NCBI RefSeq assembly: GCF_000025945.1
Contig: NC_006138.1
Span: 2,790,001-2,822,000 of the forward strand
Direction of reading: 5' to 3'
Length of the DNA stretch: 32,000 nucleotides
Source: Desulfotalea psychrophila LSv54
Lineage (GTDB): Bacteria; Desulfobacterota; Desulfobulbia; Desulfobulbales; Desulfocapsaceae
Positions 1-10,117 of the stretch are shown here, one piece after another. The position numbers and the translations under genes were made by a program. How positions within the stretch are numbered: position 1 is the stretch's first letter; every line of letters starts with the position of its first letter. The notes under the pieces were generated by a model that saw only the letters and a program-made list of their open reading frames with translations, was not told the origin of the DNA and ran no database searches.

Positions 1-1350
1 ACCTCCGCTCCATTCCAAATTATCAAATGCGCTCCAGACAAAGTTGCCCTTTATGGGTACGCCCTCAGCGCTTGCTCTCTGTAGCTGTCCCATAGCGTTG
101 CGCAGGTACATGACGCGATCGGTATCGTAGATATTGCCGTCGGCAGATATCTCGTCGCTGGCAGCACAGCCATTTTCAGTTATGTAAATCGCCTTCGGCT
201 TCCAGATGGAGTGGGTCAGACGTGGAGCCCAATAAAGAACTTCAGGCGCGAAGGTATGCCAGGGCGAGGACATTTTTGGATGTGATACGCTCATAGGCAC
301 TTCTTTATAGCCAGATTCATCCTCAGAGGCCATAACGTACATTTTGGGGATGTAAACATTGATACCAACAAAATCTACCGGTGAGCCAATGGCTTGCAGA
401 TCTTCTTCTGTGAATTTCGGAGCGTCCTTACCTGCCTCTTGCAGGTAGGCATCACTGTATTTTCCGGTCAGCATGACGTCCAAAAAACGGGCATTGAGAC
501 GACGTGTAGCTAACTCCGCAGCTTTAACATGCTCTGGGCTGTCCATTATTGGTACCCCGCAAAACATTACCTCTGCAGGACCTACTTTAGTACCTTTTTT
601 TCCCATTGCCCGAATGGCCTGCACCGACAGACCATGGGCCAGCACGGTATGATGGGCAACCTGGTTCAAAGCTTGATTGTCGAGCTTAAGACCCGGAGCC
701 AGTTCAATATGCACTGGTTTACCTTGAACCACCATATCTACACCACGGTGGCCCATATCTACAATATTTTGAAATTCATTTAGAGTGAAGAAATTTTTCA
801 CCCTATCACTCAATTTTTCCGCCATATAACCCGCATATTGGGCGAAACATTCAGCTGTTTCGCGTGACTGCCATCCCCCTTTGTCCTGCAGTGCCTGTGG
901 CAGATCCCAGTGGTAGAGTGTGGCAAAGGGTTGAATGCCAGCATTAAGTAGCTCATCGACAAGACGATTATAAAAATCCAGCCCCTTCGGATTTGCCAGC
1001 CCCGTACCGCTCGGGAAGATGCGAGACCAGGCAATGGAGAACCTGTATCCGGTTGCCCCCATCTCCTTCATTATTTGTACATCTTCCTTATATCGCTGGT
1101 AGTGGTCAATAGCGACATCACCGGTATCATTATTTTTCATCTTTCCCGGTATGTGTGCATAGGTATCCCATATTGACATGCCCTTGCCATCCACTTTAGG
1201 GGAGCCCTCAATCTGATAAGACGCTGTAGCCAGTCCCCAGCAAAAACCGTCTGGAAATTTTGCCAAGTTGGACGCTGATGTAATGAGAGCACCATCATCT
1301 TGGGTCTTTACAGACAGAGTACCTCCAGGAAGAACGGAATTAATAGGCAT
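1..1350 (-). CDS. Glycoside hydrolase family 1 beta-glucosidase/beta-glycosidase, C-terminus outside window
   Basis: My minus-strand translation from ATG at 1350 gives MPINSVLPGG...FCWGLATASYQIEG...YRFSIAWSRIFPSG...FFTLNE...YITENG...NFVWSAFDNLEW, the classic GH1 motifs including T-x-N-E and I/V-TENG. It is open through position 1, so it is missing from the ORF track. Confidence 0.93.
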   Translation of the reverse strand, partial: MPINSVLPGGTLSVKTQDDGALITSASNLAKFPDGFCWGLATASYQIEGSPKVDGKGMSIWDTYAHIPGKMKNNDTGDVAIDHYQRYKEDVQIMKEMGATGYRFSIAWSRIFPSGTGLANPKGLDFYNRLVDELLNAGIQPFATLYHWDLPQALQDKGGWQSRETAECFAQYAGYMAEKLSDRVKNFFTLNEFQNIVDMGHRGVDMVVQGKPVHIELAPGLKLDNQALNQVAHHTVLAHGLSVQAIRAMGKKGTKVGPAEVMFCGVPIMDSPEHVKAAELATRRLNARFLDVMLTGKYSDAYLQEAGKDAPKFTEEDLQAIGSPVDFVGINVYIPKMYVMASEDESGYKEVPMSVSHPKMSSPWHTFAPEVLYWAPRLTHSIWKPKAIYITENGCAASDEISADGNIYDTDRVMYLRNAMGQLQRASAEGVPIKGNFVWSAFDNLEWSGG

Positions 1351-1503
1351 ACACTTTCCTTCTTTGAATTGAGTAGTTAGTAATTATTGCCCTTTTCTTA
1401 GGTCTGGTTCTGCAAGACACTGTTTGCAAAGTTATTATTGCATGTCAGGGGACAGAATGCCATTTTTCATAGTGCACAGCACCTCAACACCGGACGGTGA
1501 TCA

Positions 1504-3679
1504 TCAAGTCCTGCGGTATTTCTTTTTTAAGACGCCAACCATCCTTGCCGTCAATGAATTGGAAAGTCGGGCATTATACGAGGCATGATATTGAACCGGC
1601 AAGTCAGCAAGTGACAGATCAACGGGTAACTGAACAGAGGGGTCTTCTTGATTATCTTGAGGACGGCTGGGGTCCATGGACGGAAGATCCTTAAATGGTC
1701 CAACCTCTGTTATATTTTTAAAGTTGGGCAGGAGCGGATTCTGCACGATTTGTTGAGTTGCAATCGCATATTTTCGTGAAATTTCAGCAGGAGTCCCCTT
1801 TTTTACGGCAGGGTCAACATTAACAGCGTCAATTGAGATTGTATCGTCATCAGCAAAAAAGATCTCAAAGTTTCTAAACTGCTGAGGAAAATCACGAAGC
1901 GACGACGTCTCAACCTGCCAAAATCCTCTTTCCGGTTTGGTTACATCATCCGATGTAATTGCCTTGACAGTGTTAAAATGGCGATGACCGGCTATCCACA
2001 TCAAAAGATTAGGGGTGTCTCTCAGCAGATCAACAAGCTCAACAAGAGTACAGCCATTTTGTGCTTTTGTAGTGGGGTCACCCAATGGGTTATTTTTTGT
2101 TTTACCACCTGCCCACCATTCAAGTTCACTGCCAATTCCTGCAACACAGATTGGAATATGGGCAGCAATGACCATCAGCTGATCCTTCTCCTGCCCCTCT
2201 TGCAGCTCCTTTTTTAGCCACTTCCACCTCAGTGAATCGAGAAAACCATGGCCATGAATATCACGGGAGCCGTCATCTTCTCTTTGGGTGTCATCCAATA
2301 CAATTATTTTAACAGGTACCTCCAACTCGGGATCGGATTTGTATTCGGGCTGGAAGCTGTAACAGGCAAAACCCTTCGGTCTTTTTTCATGAGTGAGTCC
2401 GAAAGAGTCCTTAACCCGGTTAAAGCCGTGCCCTTCAGGTAGCGAAGAGGTGGTGAAAAACTCTTCTATCCACTCCTCTCTCTTGAGAGGACGCCGCTCG
2501 ACATCGGCCATAATTTTCGGTATTTTTGCCCCTTTTTCAATGGGGCCACCAGCGTAAATAATGTCTCCATTTTCTGTTGAGCCATCAATGACACCTCCCA
2601 AATACCTCTCTTTTCCATTTCCTTTCTGGAGCGTATTCGTATCAAAAAGAGCAGGGAAATTAGGTAAATAAGGATCAAGAAAGTCCGTGACAGTCCATAC
2701 CTTATTGTCAGTGAATGACTCTGCAAGACCAAGCTTTGAATAATCTTCAAATATGGGGAAGGAACCGATAAGGAAATGATCATGGTTACCTAATACTTGA
2801 TAAAAAGGAATATCCTTATTAAGGCCTGCTGCCTGGAAAGGTTTCTGATAGTCAACTCTCTCTTCTCCCAAATGAGCGCCTGAACTTGGTCTGATTTTCT
2901 CGCCATCGAGAATATCAATATACCACCTAAGTTCTTTATACATAGCCGTATTGCTGACATCGCCTAGCGAAATGCCAAAATCATAGCTTTTCTTTTCGTG
3001 AAGGGCATTAACTGTCTGAATAGCAGCATCGAAGACATGGGGGGTATACACCATCACCGGGGAATAGATGGATGTATTATTAGCAAGAAGAGTCCTCTTG
3101 CTGGTTGTGAATAAACTGGGTGGGCGCCTCCTTATCTGTAAGATGGATATCGGCCATGGTAAAAAAGTTGAGTAAGGAAGGTCTCTTCTCACATCTGGAG
3201 GCAGATAGCCCTCTGGCATAATATCAAGGCGGGGAACAACGGGGGAGGCCTGAACCGTAACTCCAACTCCCATAGCCTAGACTTTGGTACTCTGAAACCT
3301 TATGCAGATCTTTCACTGCCAGCCCGTCGCTCTTGCCATCCGGAGCCATGGGGGGAGGCTCCATACCTTTAGGTGGAACCTCTGCCAGATTCATATTAAA
3401 GGCAATCATCCGCTCTTGCGTCGTTTGTACGACCGTATCTATCTCATAACGTGGCAGATCAAAATCCGACCAATGAGCGTTTTTGGAAGCGCAGCCAACT
3501 AAAGGCATTGGCAGGGCCACACCAGCCAACAGGACAGTGCTATACTGTATGAATTTTCGTCTTGTTATATCCATGTCCGACCGGACTTCACCGTCGAAGC
3601 TGAGAGCCTTATCCTCTTCTTCAAGAGAAACCATATTTTTTTTGCTCATAATATTTACTCGTGGGTTAGGGGAAGACAA
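1504..3679 (-). pseudogene. Tat-exported metallophosphoesterase (long-insert family), disrupted by frameshifts
   Basis: N-terminal part (3224-3679) has a twin-arginine signal DITRRKFIQYSTVLLAGVALPMPLVGC. C-terminal part (1504-3273) has GDVSN, GNHDH and GHRHFN motifs. The frames join at a C5/G5 run at 3241-3245 (..YGSWSYGSGLP / VVPRLDIMPEG..). The first metal-binding D-x-H motif (FFTMADIHLTDKEAPTQFIHNQQ) is only readable in a different frame at about 3095-3170. Confidence 0.85.
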
Positions 3680-3784
3680 CTAATATTTAAGCCATTCATT
3701 GACGATAATTCGCCTGAACTCATTCAGGCTACTCCTAGAGCAGCGATAACAGGAGTGAAGAGGGAGCTTATTGATTTGCGATCT

Positions 3785-4075
3785 GTATGTAAAGGCATCT
3801 TTTATCTTCATCACTCCTTTATTCCTTGAGTAGATTTCAATATCACCGGTTCCAGCAATAGCAGACTTGGCTATTACAGTAACAGAGCCGTCGCTTTGAC
3901 TGATAATGGGTACATTAATGGCACCGATGCTTACCTTCCTAATATCATTTCAACTACCTAAGGTATTGCCCTTGATAGTTATTTTACAGCCCTCCTTACA
4001 GCATGCGCAATTAGGCGTAATAGTAAAAAGGGTTTGAGCGTTTTGCTTTCCCACCAAGGCTTTCATCTCCTGCAT
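3785..4075 (-). pseudogene. IPT/TIG-like domain protein remnant
   Basis: Minus-strand translation: MQEMKALVGKQNAQTLFTITPNCACCKEGCKITIKGNTLGS*NDIRKVSIGAINVPIISQSDGSVTVIAKSAIAGTGDIEIYSRNKGVMKIKDAFTY. This matches the IPT/TIG fold pattern, with an in-frame TGA at 3950-3952. Confidence 0.65.
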
Positions 4076-4904
4076 AGTGAACCATTAGGGACCCAGCAAG
4101 TAGGGCTGTGAACCTTTGCCGAGACAGTTTCTAGACCTCCTGAGAGGTAAGTTTCGAATCGTTTCTAAATTTTATTAGATGAGCCATCAGTTTAATTATA
4201 TTCATAAAAGTCTCGCTAATGCTCGCATTTTAAGAGAAGCATTTGAAGTCGAAAAACAGCCATCCTGATTGAGTGGGCTAGATTCAGGGCTGAATTGAAG
4301 CGATCAGCCGAGCCTATCAATAAAGACCACGGCACTCGACCTGCCAACAACCACGGATATGCCCTGAGACAGGGGTGTACCTTGACAATCCCTAACTATC
4401 GTCCTACACTGTTTTCTTGTTATGGTCAATAATTAAGAGCTCTTAGTGGTACACAAGAGAGGACTGTAGCATGCCCCATACAGGGGTATTGGCCTCATCC
4501 TCTGAGGAGTGCAAGAAGGTTGAAAAGAGTATCAGCCCTGGCAGAAGCAAAAAGCGAAACAGATCAATATCGCAGGCCATATCTCAGGGCGATTAGCATA
4601 CTAATAGCAGTGTATTATGGTCTACTTAGCCGAATAAAGCGGGTACCCCTGAGGGGCAGGAAAAAAGTACAGGGGCACTTGCCCGCTATGATCACAATAG
4701 ATGTCCAGCATTACCCATGGCGAGCCCTGGCGGAGACGACAGGAGTCTCACCGGCTTAGTGTCATAATTCAAACCGTTACATATTGGATTTCCAATGATT
4801 CCCTAGACATTCGCAGTGCAAGAGTGATAGGCTCACATAAGTAGAGTAAGGACTTTATCTCTTTTCTCTTAAAAGGAGCTTCTGGGCCAAAAGCTCCACG
4901 TAAA

Positions 4905-5358
4905 CGCGACCACAAGGCCTCGAATTCGTCACAATTCAAGAGTTAGATAAACCAGCGTGAACCCTTGCTCGCGAGCAGGGAATTGCTGATACGGCCGTTT
5001 CACGTTTGGCGTGAGCGTGATAGCGTAGAAGACAGATCTCATACTGCTCATAGGCTTCAGACAACATTGGAGTACGAGAGAATTGTAATTGAGCTTCGAA
5101 AAACACTCCTTCTCTCACTGGGTGATCTCTTGCTTGTTGTGCGACACTTTCTTCACCCCAAAGTTTCGCGTTCTGTACTACAGGCCAAAGAAAACCGACA
5201 GGAAACCACATTTTTGCTAAAGAACGCACCTTGACTCCAGTGACAATCTAAAAGATACCTTATGCAGGTAAAATATTGTTTACAATCAACATATCGGATA
5301 AAAAAACACTGGCTCATATCAATCCGATGGAGAAGTTGCAGGAGTACCATAAAACGAC
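4905..5358 (+). mobile_element. IS481-family transposase remnant, internally deleted (left copy)
   Basis: Plus-strand WRERDSVEDRSHTAHRLQTTLEYERIVIELRKTLLLSLGDLLLVVRHFLHPKVSRS is the characteristic N-terminal helix-turn-helix part. A frameshifted tail resembles LDSSDNLKDTLCR-NIVYNQHI..KTLAHINPMEKLQEYHKT. It is homologous at DNA level to 12690-13237 in inverted orientation. Confidence 0.78.
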
Positions 5359-5491
5359 ACCAACCACTGTCACAGAAATCAAACAAGCCGGGCACGCAGA
5401 ATATTAAAATCTTCTGACCCATCGTGTTGCCTGTCATTTTATATAATGAAGCCACCGCCGATCCCTCGGCATAAGAATTAAAAGGATTAAA

Positions 5492-7726
5492 ATGAAAAAA
5501 ATAACCATTGCATGCATCGGTAATTACCCGCCACGGGAATGCGGGATAGCAACTTTTACCAAGAATCTTATCGATGCGGTGGAAAAAACCGGCAAGGCCG
5601 AAGGCTACGTTGTGGCCATGAACGATCTGGGCCAAAGCTATGCTTACCCTAAAAAAGTAAAATGCGTTATCCGCCAGAACCATCAACGGGATTATTTAAA
5701 AGCGGTTAAATTTATCAATTACAGCGAGGCCGATGTTTGTGTAATAGAACATGAGTTTGGCATCTTCGGCGGAAACAGCGGCATTTATATTCTTCCCTTG
5801 ATCCATCGTTTGGAAATACCGCTGATTGTAACCCTGCATACAGTGCTTCAAAAGCCTTCCTATGATCAAAGGGCCATTATTCAAGGAATCGGGAAAAAAG
5901 CCGCAAAAATAGTGGTAATGAGCCGGCGAGCCGTTGATTTTTTAACCGATATCTACGATGTGCCGCGGGAAAAAGTAGTACAGATTGAACACGGGGTGCC
6001 TGATTTCGATTTTATCCAAGGGCAACAAAGTTACAAAAAGAAATTTAACCTGGAAAACAGAAAATCTTTATTAACCTTTGGTTTGTTAAGCCGAAATAAA
6101 GGCATTGAGACCGTCATTCAGGCCTTGCCGAAAGTCGTTAAAAAACATCCGGAAATCATCTATATTGTTTTAGGAAAAACGCATCCGGCGGTGTTACGCG
6201 CTTCCGACGAGGAATACAGAAATTATTTAAGACGCCTGGTGGAAAAAAACAACCTGAGAAAAAATGTTTATTTTTATAACAGTTTTGTCAGTCCCCAGGA
6301 GCTCTTTGAATATTTATCCGCCATCGATATTTATATTACCCCTTATCTAAATGAGGCCCAGATTACCAGCGGAACCCTGGCCTATGCGGTGGGGGCAGGT
6401 GCGGCCGTGATTTCAACCCCCTATTGGCATGCCCAGGAGCTTTTAGCAGATGGTCGGGGAAGACTTTTTGATTTTCACGATTCAGATGCACTGGCCGACA
6501 TCCTCATTGAGCTGCTGGACAACCCCCCGGCCTTGCTTGAATTGAGAGAAAAGGCTTACACCTACGGCCGCCAGACACTTTGGTCCGCCATGGGTGAAAA
6601 ATATCTTCAACTCATCTCCGATGCGGTGCAGTCCTATCCGGCAATTACCACCCAAGAACAGTCCATCGTCGATCCATTGGTGCTACCTGTTTTTAATTTA
6701 GCCCATGTCCTGCGGCTCACCGACGATACCGGAATTATCCAGCATGCAAAGTACAGTGTACCGAATCGGAAAGAGGGGTACTGCCTGGATGATGTTGCCC
6801 GAGGGCTTTTAATGGCGACCATGACCTATCGCCAGAAAAAAGACCAAGCTGCCCTGGATCTGCTGCCCATTTATCTGAGTTTTATTCATTATATGCAAAA
6901 TGAGGACGGCTCATTTCGTAATTTTTTAAGCTATAACCGGAACTTCATGGATGAGGTCGGATCGGAGGATTCTTTTGGACGAGCCATATGGGCGCTGGGA
7001 TATCTTATTCGTTTTTCTCCCCATGACGCCTTTTTGCAACTAGCCAAAGAACTATTCGCCAATGCGTATTCGCATTTTCAAAATTTACAAACTATTCGCG
7101 GCAATGCCGATACGATCATCGGAATCTGTCATTATCTTCATCGTTATTCCGATGATGAGGGGATGAACAAGACCCTTAAAGATATGACCTGTAAAATCGT
7201 CGCCCAATACGAAAACAAAGCAGATCCGGACTGGCAGTGGTTTGAGCCGGAATTAACCTATGACAACGGAATTATCCCCCTGGCCCTTTTGCATGCCCAT
7301 GAAATAAGAGGTGATGAAAAGCTTCTAGAAGTCGCCTTAGAGACAGCGGACTTTTTGGAAACAATTATGTTTAAAGACGGTTGCCTCTCGCCGGTAGGAA
7401 ACGACGGCTGGTATCAAAAAGGCGCATCATGTCCCCAATATGATCAGCAGCCCATCGATGCCATGGCCGCTGTAATGATGTTTTATCAAGCCTATGTCGT
7501 GACCGGAAACAAACGGTATATTGACCGGATGTTTGCTTCTTTTATGTGGTTTTTAGGGGAAAATGATCTGCGAATCCCATTATATGATTTTGAAACCAGC
7601 GGCTGTTGTGACGGCCTGGAAAGCCACGGTGTCAACCGGAACCAGGGGGCGGAAAGTGTGCTGGCGTATTTGCTTTCCCATCTGACCGTTCTTCAGGCCT
7701 ATGAGCAGGAAGACCAGGCGGAGTAA
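5492..7726 (+). CDS. GT4-family glycosyltransferase fused to a long C-terminal (probably alpha/alpha-toroid-like) domain
   Basis: 744 aa; N-terminus MKKITIACIGNYPPRECGIATFTKNL, GT-B features VVQIEHGVPDFDF, LLSRNKGIETVIQALP, NEAQITSGTLAYAVGAGAAVISTPYWHAQEL. About 350 aa follow the GT domain. Confidence 0.85.
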   Translation: MKKITIACIGNYPPRECGIATFTKNLIDAVEKTGKAEGYVVAMNDLGQSYAYPKKVKCVIRQNHQRDYLKAVKFINYSEADVCVIEHEFGIFGGNSGIYILPLIHRLEIPLIVTLHTVLQKPSYDQRAIIQGIGKKAAKIVVMSRRAVDFLTDIYDVPREKVVQIEHGVPDFDFIQGQQSYKKKFNLENRKSLLTFGLLSRNKGIETVIQALPKVVKKHPEIIYIVLGKTHPAVLRASDEEYRNYLRRLVEKNNLRKNVYFYNSFVSPQELFEYLSAIDIYITPYLNEAQITSGTLAYAVGAGAAVISTPYWHAQELLADGRGRLFDFHDSDALADILIELLDNPPALLELREKAYTYGRQTLWSAMGEKYLQLISDAVQSYPAITTQEQSIVDPLVLPVFNLAHVLRLTDDTGIIQHAKYSVPNRKEGYCLDDVARGLLMATMTYRQKKDQAALDLLPIYLSFIHYMQNEDGSFRNFLSYNRNFMDEVGSEDSFGRAIWALGYLIRFSPHDAFLQLAKELFANAYSHFQNLQTIRGNADTIIGICHYLHRYSDDEGMNKTLKDMTCKIVAQYENKADPDWQWFEPELTYDNGIIPLALLHAHEIRGDEKLLEVALETADFLETIMFKDGCLSPVGNDGWYQKGASCPQYDQQPIDAMAAVMMFYQAYVVTGNKRYIDRMFASFMWFLGENDLRIPLYDFETSGCCDGLESHGVNRNQGAESVLAYLLSHLTVLQAYEQEDQAE

Positions 7727-7766
7727 GAGATTTCGCCCTTAAATCAATAAAATAAGGAATTGGTAC

Positions 7767-8696
7767 ATGTCAATTATCCACAGATATGAAAAAAACCCAA
7801 TTTTAAGCAAAGACGATGTGCCCTATCCTGTGGCAACGGTTCATAATGCCGGGGTGACAAAGTTTAATGACAAATACATCATGATATTCCGCTCGCACTT
7901 AACCAGCGGTCGCAGTATTTTGGGGCTGGCTGTAAGCGATGATGGGTTCAGGTTCAAGGTAAGCGACAAACCCTTTATGACCCCGGCAAAAGAAGGGCTT
8001 TTCCAGATATATGAAGAATACGGCCTTGAGGATCCCCGCATCACCTGTATAGATGATGAATATCTGATCACGTACAGTGCGTATTCCAGATACGGCGTGC
8101 GCATCGCCCTGGCCAAAACAAGGGACTTTAAAACAATCCAAAGAGTTGCCTTAATTACCGAGGCGGATTATCGCAACCTCGTTATATTTCCTGAAAAAAT
8201 CGACGGCATGTATGTCCGTATGGACAGACCGCATTCAGAGATCAGCCCCTGGTCCATCTGGATCTCTTATTCTCCCGATCTGAAATACTGGGGAGACGCC
8301 AAGGTAATTATGAAACCGGCGGCCTATCACTGGGATGAGATGAAAATCGGACCTGGAGCGCCTCCCATTAAAACCGATCAAGGCTGGCTGAATATCTACC
8401 ACGGGGCCTTTCAGACCATGGCCGGCTGTGTCTACCGCCTGGGGGTTGCCCTGCACGACTTGGCCGATCCTTCTAAGATCAGGGGCGTCAGTGACGACTG
8501 GATTTTAGAGCCTGAAACAGAATACGAACGCATCGGGTATGTGCCCAATGTCGTTTTCACCTGCGGTGCGGTGCCTGAACCGGACGGTACGCTGAAAATT
8601 TACTGGGGAGCAGCCGATACCGTCATGTGCGCGGGTACGGCCAGCATAAAAGACCTGGTTAACCTTTGTTTACAACATCCAAGAGAGGCGGTGTAA
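7767..8696 (+). CDS. Glycoside hydrolase family 130 protein (beta-mannoside phosphorylase-like)
   Basis: 309 aa; KNPILSKDDVPYPVATVHNAGVTKFNDKYIMIFRS, EDPRITCIDDEYLITYSAYS, W.IYHGAFQTMAGCVYRLGVALHDLADPSKI, VVFTCGAVPEPDGTLKIYWGAADTVMCAGT. Confidence 0.9.
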   Translation: MSIIHRYEKNPILSKDDVPYPVATVHNAGVTKFNDKYIMIFRSHLTSGRSILGLAVSDDGFRFKVSDKPFMTPAKEGLFQIYEEYGLEDPRITCIDDEYLITYSAYSRYGVRIALAKTRDFKTIQRVALITEADYRNLVIFPEKIDGMYVRMDRPHSEISPWSIWISYSPDLKYWGDAKVIMKPAAYHWDEMKIGPGAPPIKTDQGWLNIYHGAFQTMAGCVYRLGVALHDLADPSKIRGVSDDWILEPETEYERIGYVPNVVFTCGAVPEPDGTLKIYWGAADTVMCAGTASIKDLVNLCLQHPREAV

Positions 8697-8697
8697 A

Positions 8698-9714
8698 ATG
8701 AAAATTGCAGTTTTAGCCCCGATTTGCTGGAGAACCCCACCGCGACACTACGGGCCATGGGAGCAGGTGGCATCCAATATCGCCGAAGGTCTGGTCAAGC
8801 GCGGGTGCGAGGTAACTCTTTTTGCAACGGGTGATTCCCTTACCCAGGGCAAACTTTCCTCTACCTGCCAGCGACCCTATGAAGAAGATAAGAGCCTTGA
8901 TCCAAAGGTATGGGAATGTTTACATATCGCCCACATGATGGAACGCGCCGATGAATTCGACATCATCCATAACAACTATGATTTTCTCCCCCTGAGCTAT
9001 TCAAGACTGATCAAAACACCGATGGTGACCACCATTCACGGTTTTTCTTCCCCCCAAATCATACCGGTTTTCAAACAGTACAATAAAAAGAATCATTATG
9101 TTTCCATCAGCAATGCCGACCGCAGCCCTGAACTAGAATATATCGCAACGGTGTATAACGGTATCGATATGGATAATTTCACATTGAAAGAATCGGTGGG
9201 TGAATATTTACTGTATTTTGGCCGGATTCATCCGGATAAAGGAACCCATGAAGCCATCCAGATTGCTAAAAAGAGCAAGATGAAGCTGATCATTTCCGGT
9301 TTTATCCAGGATCAGAACTATTATAAGGAAAAAGTAGAACCGTTTATAAATGGCGACGATATCGTTTATGTAGGCAACTCCGGCCCCGAAAAAAGAGATA
9401 CATTACTCGGCAATGCATATGCCTTACTGCATCCCATCAATTTCGCCGAACCCTTTGGTTTAAGTGTGGCCGAATCGATGCTGTGCGGGACACCGGTGAT
9501 CGCCTTCAATAAAGGCTCCATGCCGGAACTAATCGCTGACAAAAAGACCGGCTTTCTGGTCGACAATGTGGACGAAGCCGTTTGCACCTTAAAAGACATA
9601 AAGCACATTGACCGCAACTCCTGCCGGCGATGGGCTGAGAAAAAATTCAGTCAGGAAAAAATGATCGATAATTATATTGAGGTTTACCAAAAAATACTAG
9701 ATTCTGCCCCTTGA
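8698..9714 (+). CDS. GT4-family glycosyltransferase
   Basis: 338 aa; MKIAVLAPICWRTPPRHYGPWEQVASNIAEGLVKRGCEVTLFATG..., GRIHPDKGTHEAIQIAKKS, NFAEPFGLSVAESMLCGTPVIAFNKGSMPELI. Starts 1 nt after the GH130 stop, so very likely cotranscribed. Confidence 0.92.
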   Translation: MKIAVLAPICWRTPPRHYGPWEQVASNIAEGLVKRGCEVTLFATGDSLTQGKLSSTCQRPYEEDKSLDPKVWECLHIAHMMERADEFDIIHNNYDFLPLSYSRLIKTPMVTTIHGFSSPQIIPVFKQYNKKNHYVSISNADRSPELEYIATVYNGIDMDNFTLKESVGEYLLYFGRIHPDKGTHEAIQIAKKSKMKLIISGFIQDQNYYKEKVEPFINGDDIVYVGNSGPEKRDTLLGNAYALLHPINFAEPFGLSVAESMLCGTPVIAFNKGSMPELIADKKTGFLVDNVDEAVCTLKDIKHIDRNSCRRWAEKKFSQEKMIDNYIEVYQKILDSAP

Positions 9715-9721
9715 TCGTTGT

Positions 9722-9772
9722 GGTGGTCCGTTGCGAAAGGCTACCATTTTGGGTAACAGTCAACGGACCACC
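9722..9772. repeat. 12-bp perfect inverted repeat, hairpin between convergent genes
   Basis: ggtggtccgttg (9722-9733) ... caacggaccacc (9761-9772); a related element lies at 13812-13853. Confidence 0.75.
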
Positions 9773-9782
9773 GATAGCATCC

Positions 9783-10092
9783 TCAACCATTTAAGAATTT
9801 AGCCAAAATACCATCCACAGACGGGGCCGTAGCCCGAGGCAGAACCGAACATCCGCACGGTAGTGCGCACCCCTATGAATAATCGCTCCACAAGAATAGA
9901 CACATTGGGCACATCCCCTTCTCTTTCTTCCGCATTTGGCTCCAACAACAGCTCCCAGATCTGCCCGATGATTTTAGAGGGATCTTCCAGCTCCAGCAGT
10001 ATGGCCCCTAAACAATACCTTCTCATGGGCCCCACCCCATGGGTGAGCATCAGCCACCCTTGTGCGGTTTCAATAAGAGATCCACAATAGTA
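9783..10092 (-). pseudogene. 3'-terminal fragment of a second GH130 gene
   Basis: MLTHGVGPMRRYCLGAILLELEDPSKIIGQIWELLLEPNAEEREGDVPNV matches MLTHGVGPMRRYSLGAVLLDLEDPSQIIGQLREPLLMANAEEREGYVPNV of the gene at 13865-15334. The 5' two-thirds are absent and the tail is frameshifted. Confidence 0.88.
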
Positions 10093-10117
10093 TGAACTGC
10101 TTCATGCTGATACCCTG

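Noticed and set aside
3302-3683. Small plus-strand ORFs 3302-3502 and 3483-3683
   Set aside because: Antisense to the N-terminal Tat-signal part of the metallophosphoesterase; no family resemblance.
3950-3952. In-frame TGA in the TIG-like translation as selenocysteine
   Set aside because: TIG domains are not redox enzymes, no SECIS-like context was identified, and the neighbouring sequence is visibly decayed; a nonsense mutation is simpler.
4936-5229. 97-aa minus-strand ORF (MRSLAKMWFPVGFLW...) and its counterpart at 12932-13186 (+)
   Set aside because: The opposite strand encodes recognisable IS481 transposase segments (RDSVEDRSHTA...); these ORFs are antisense by-products.
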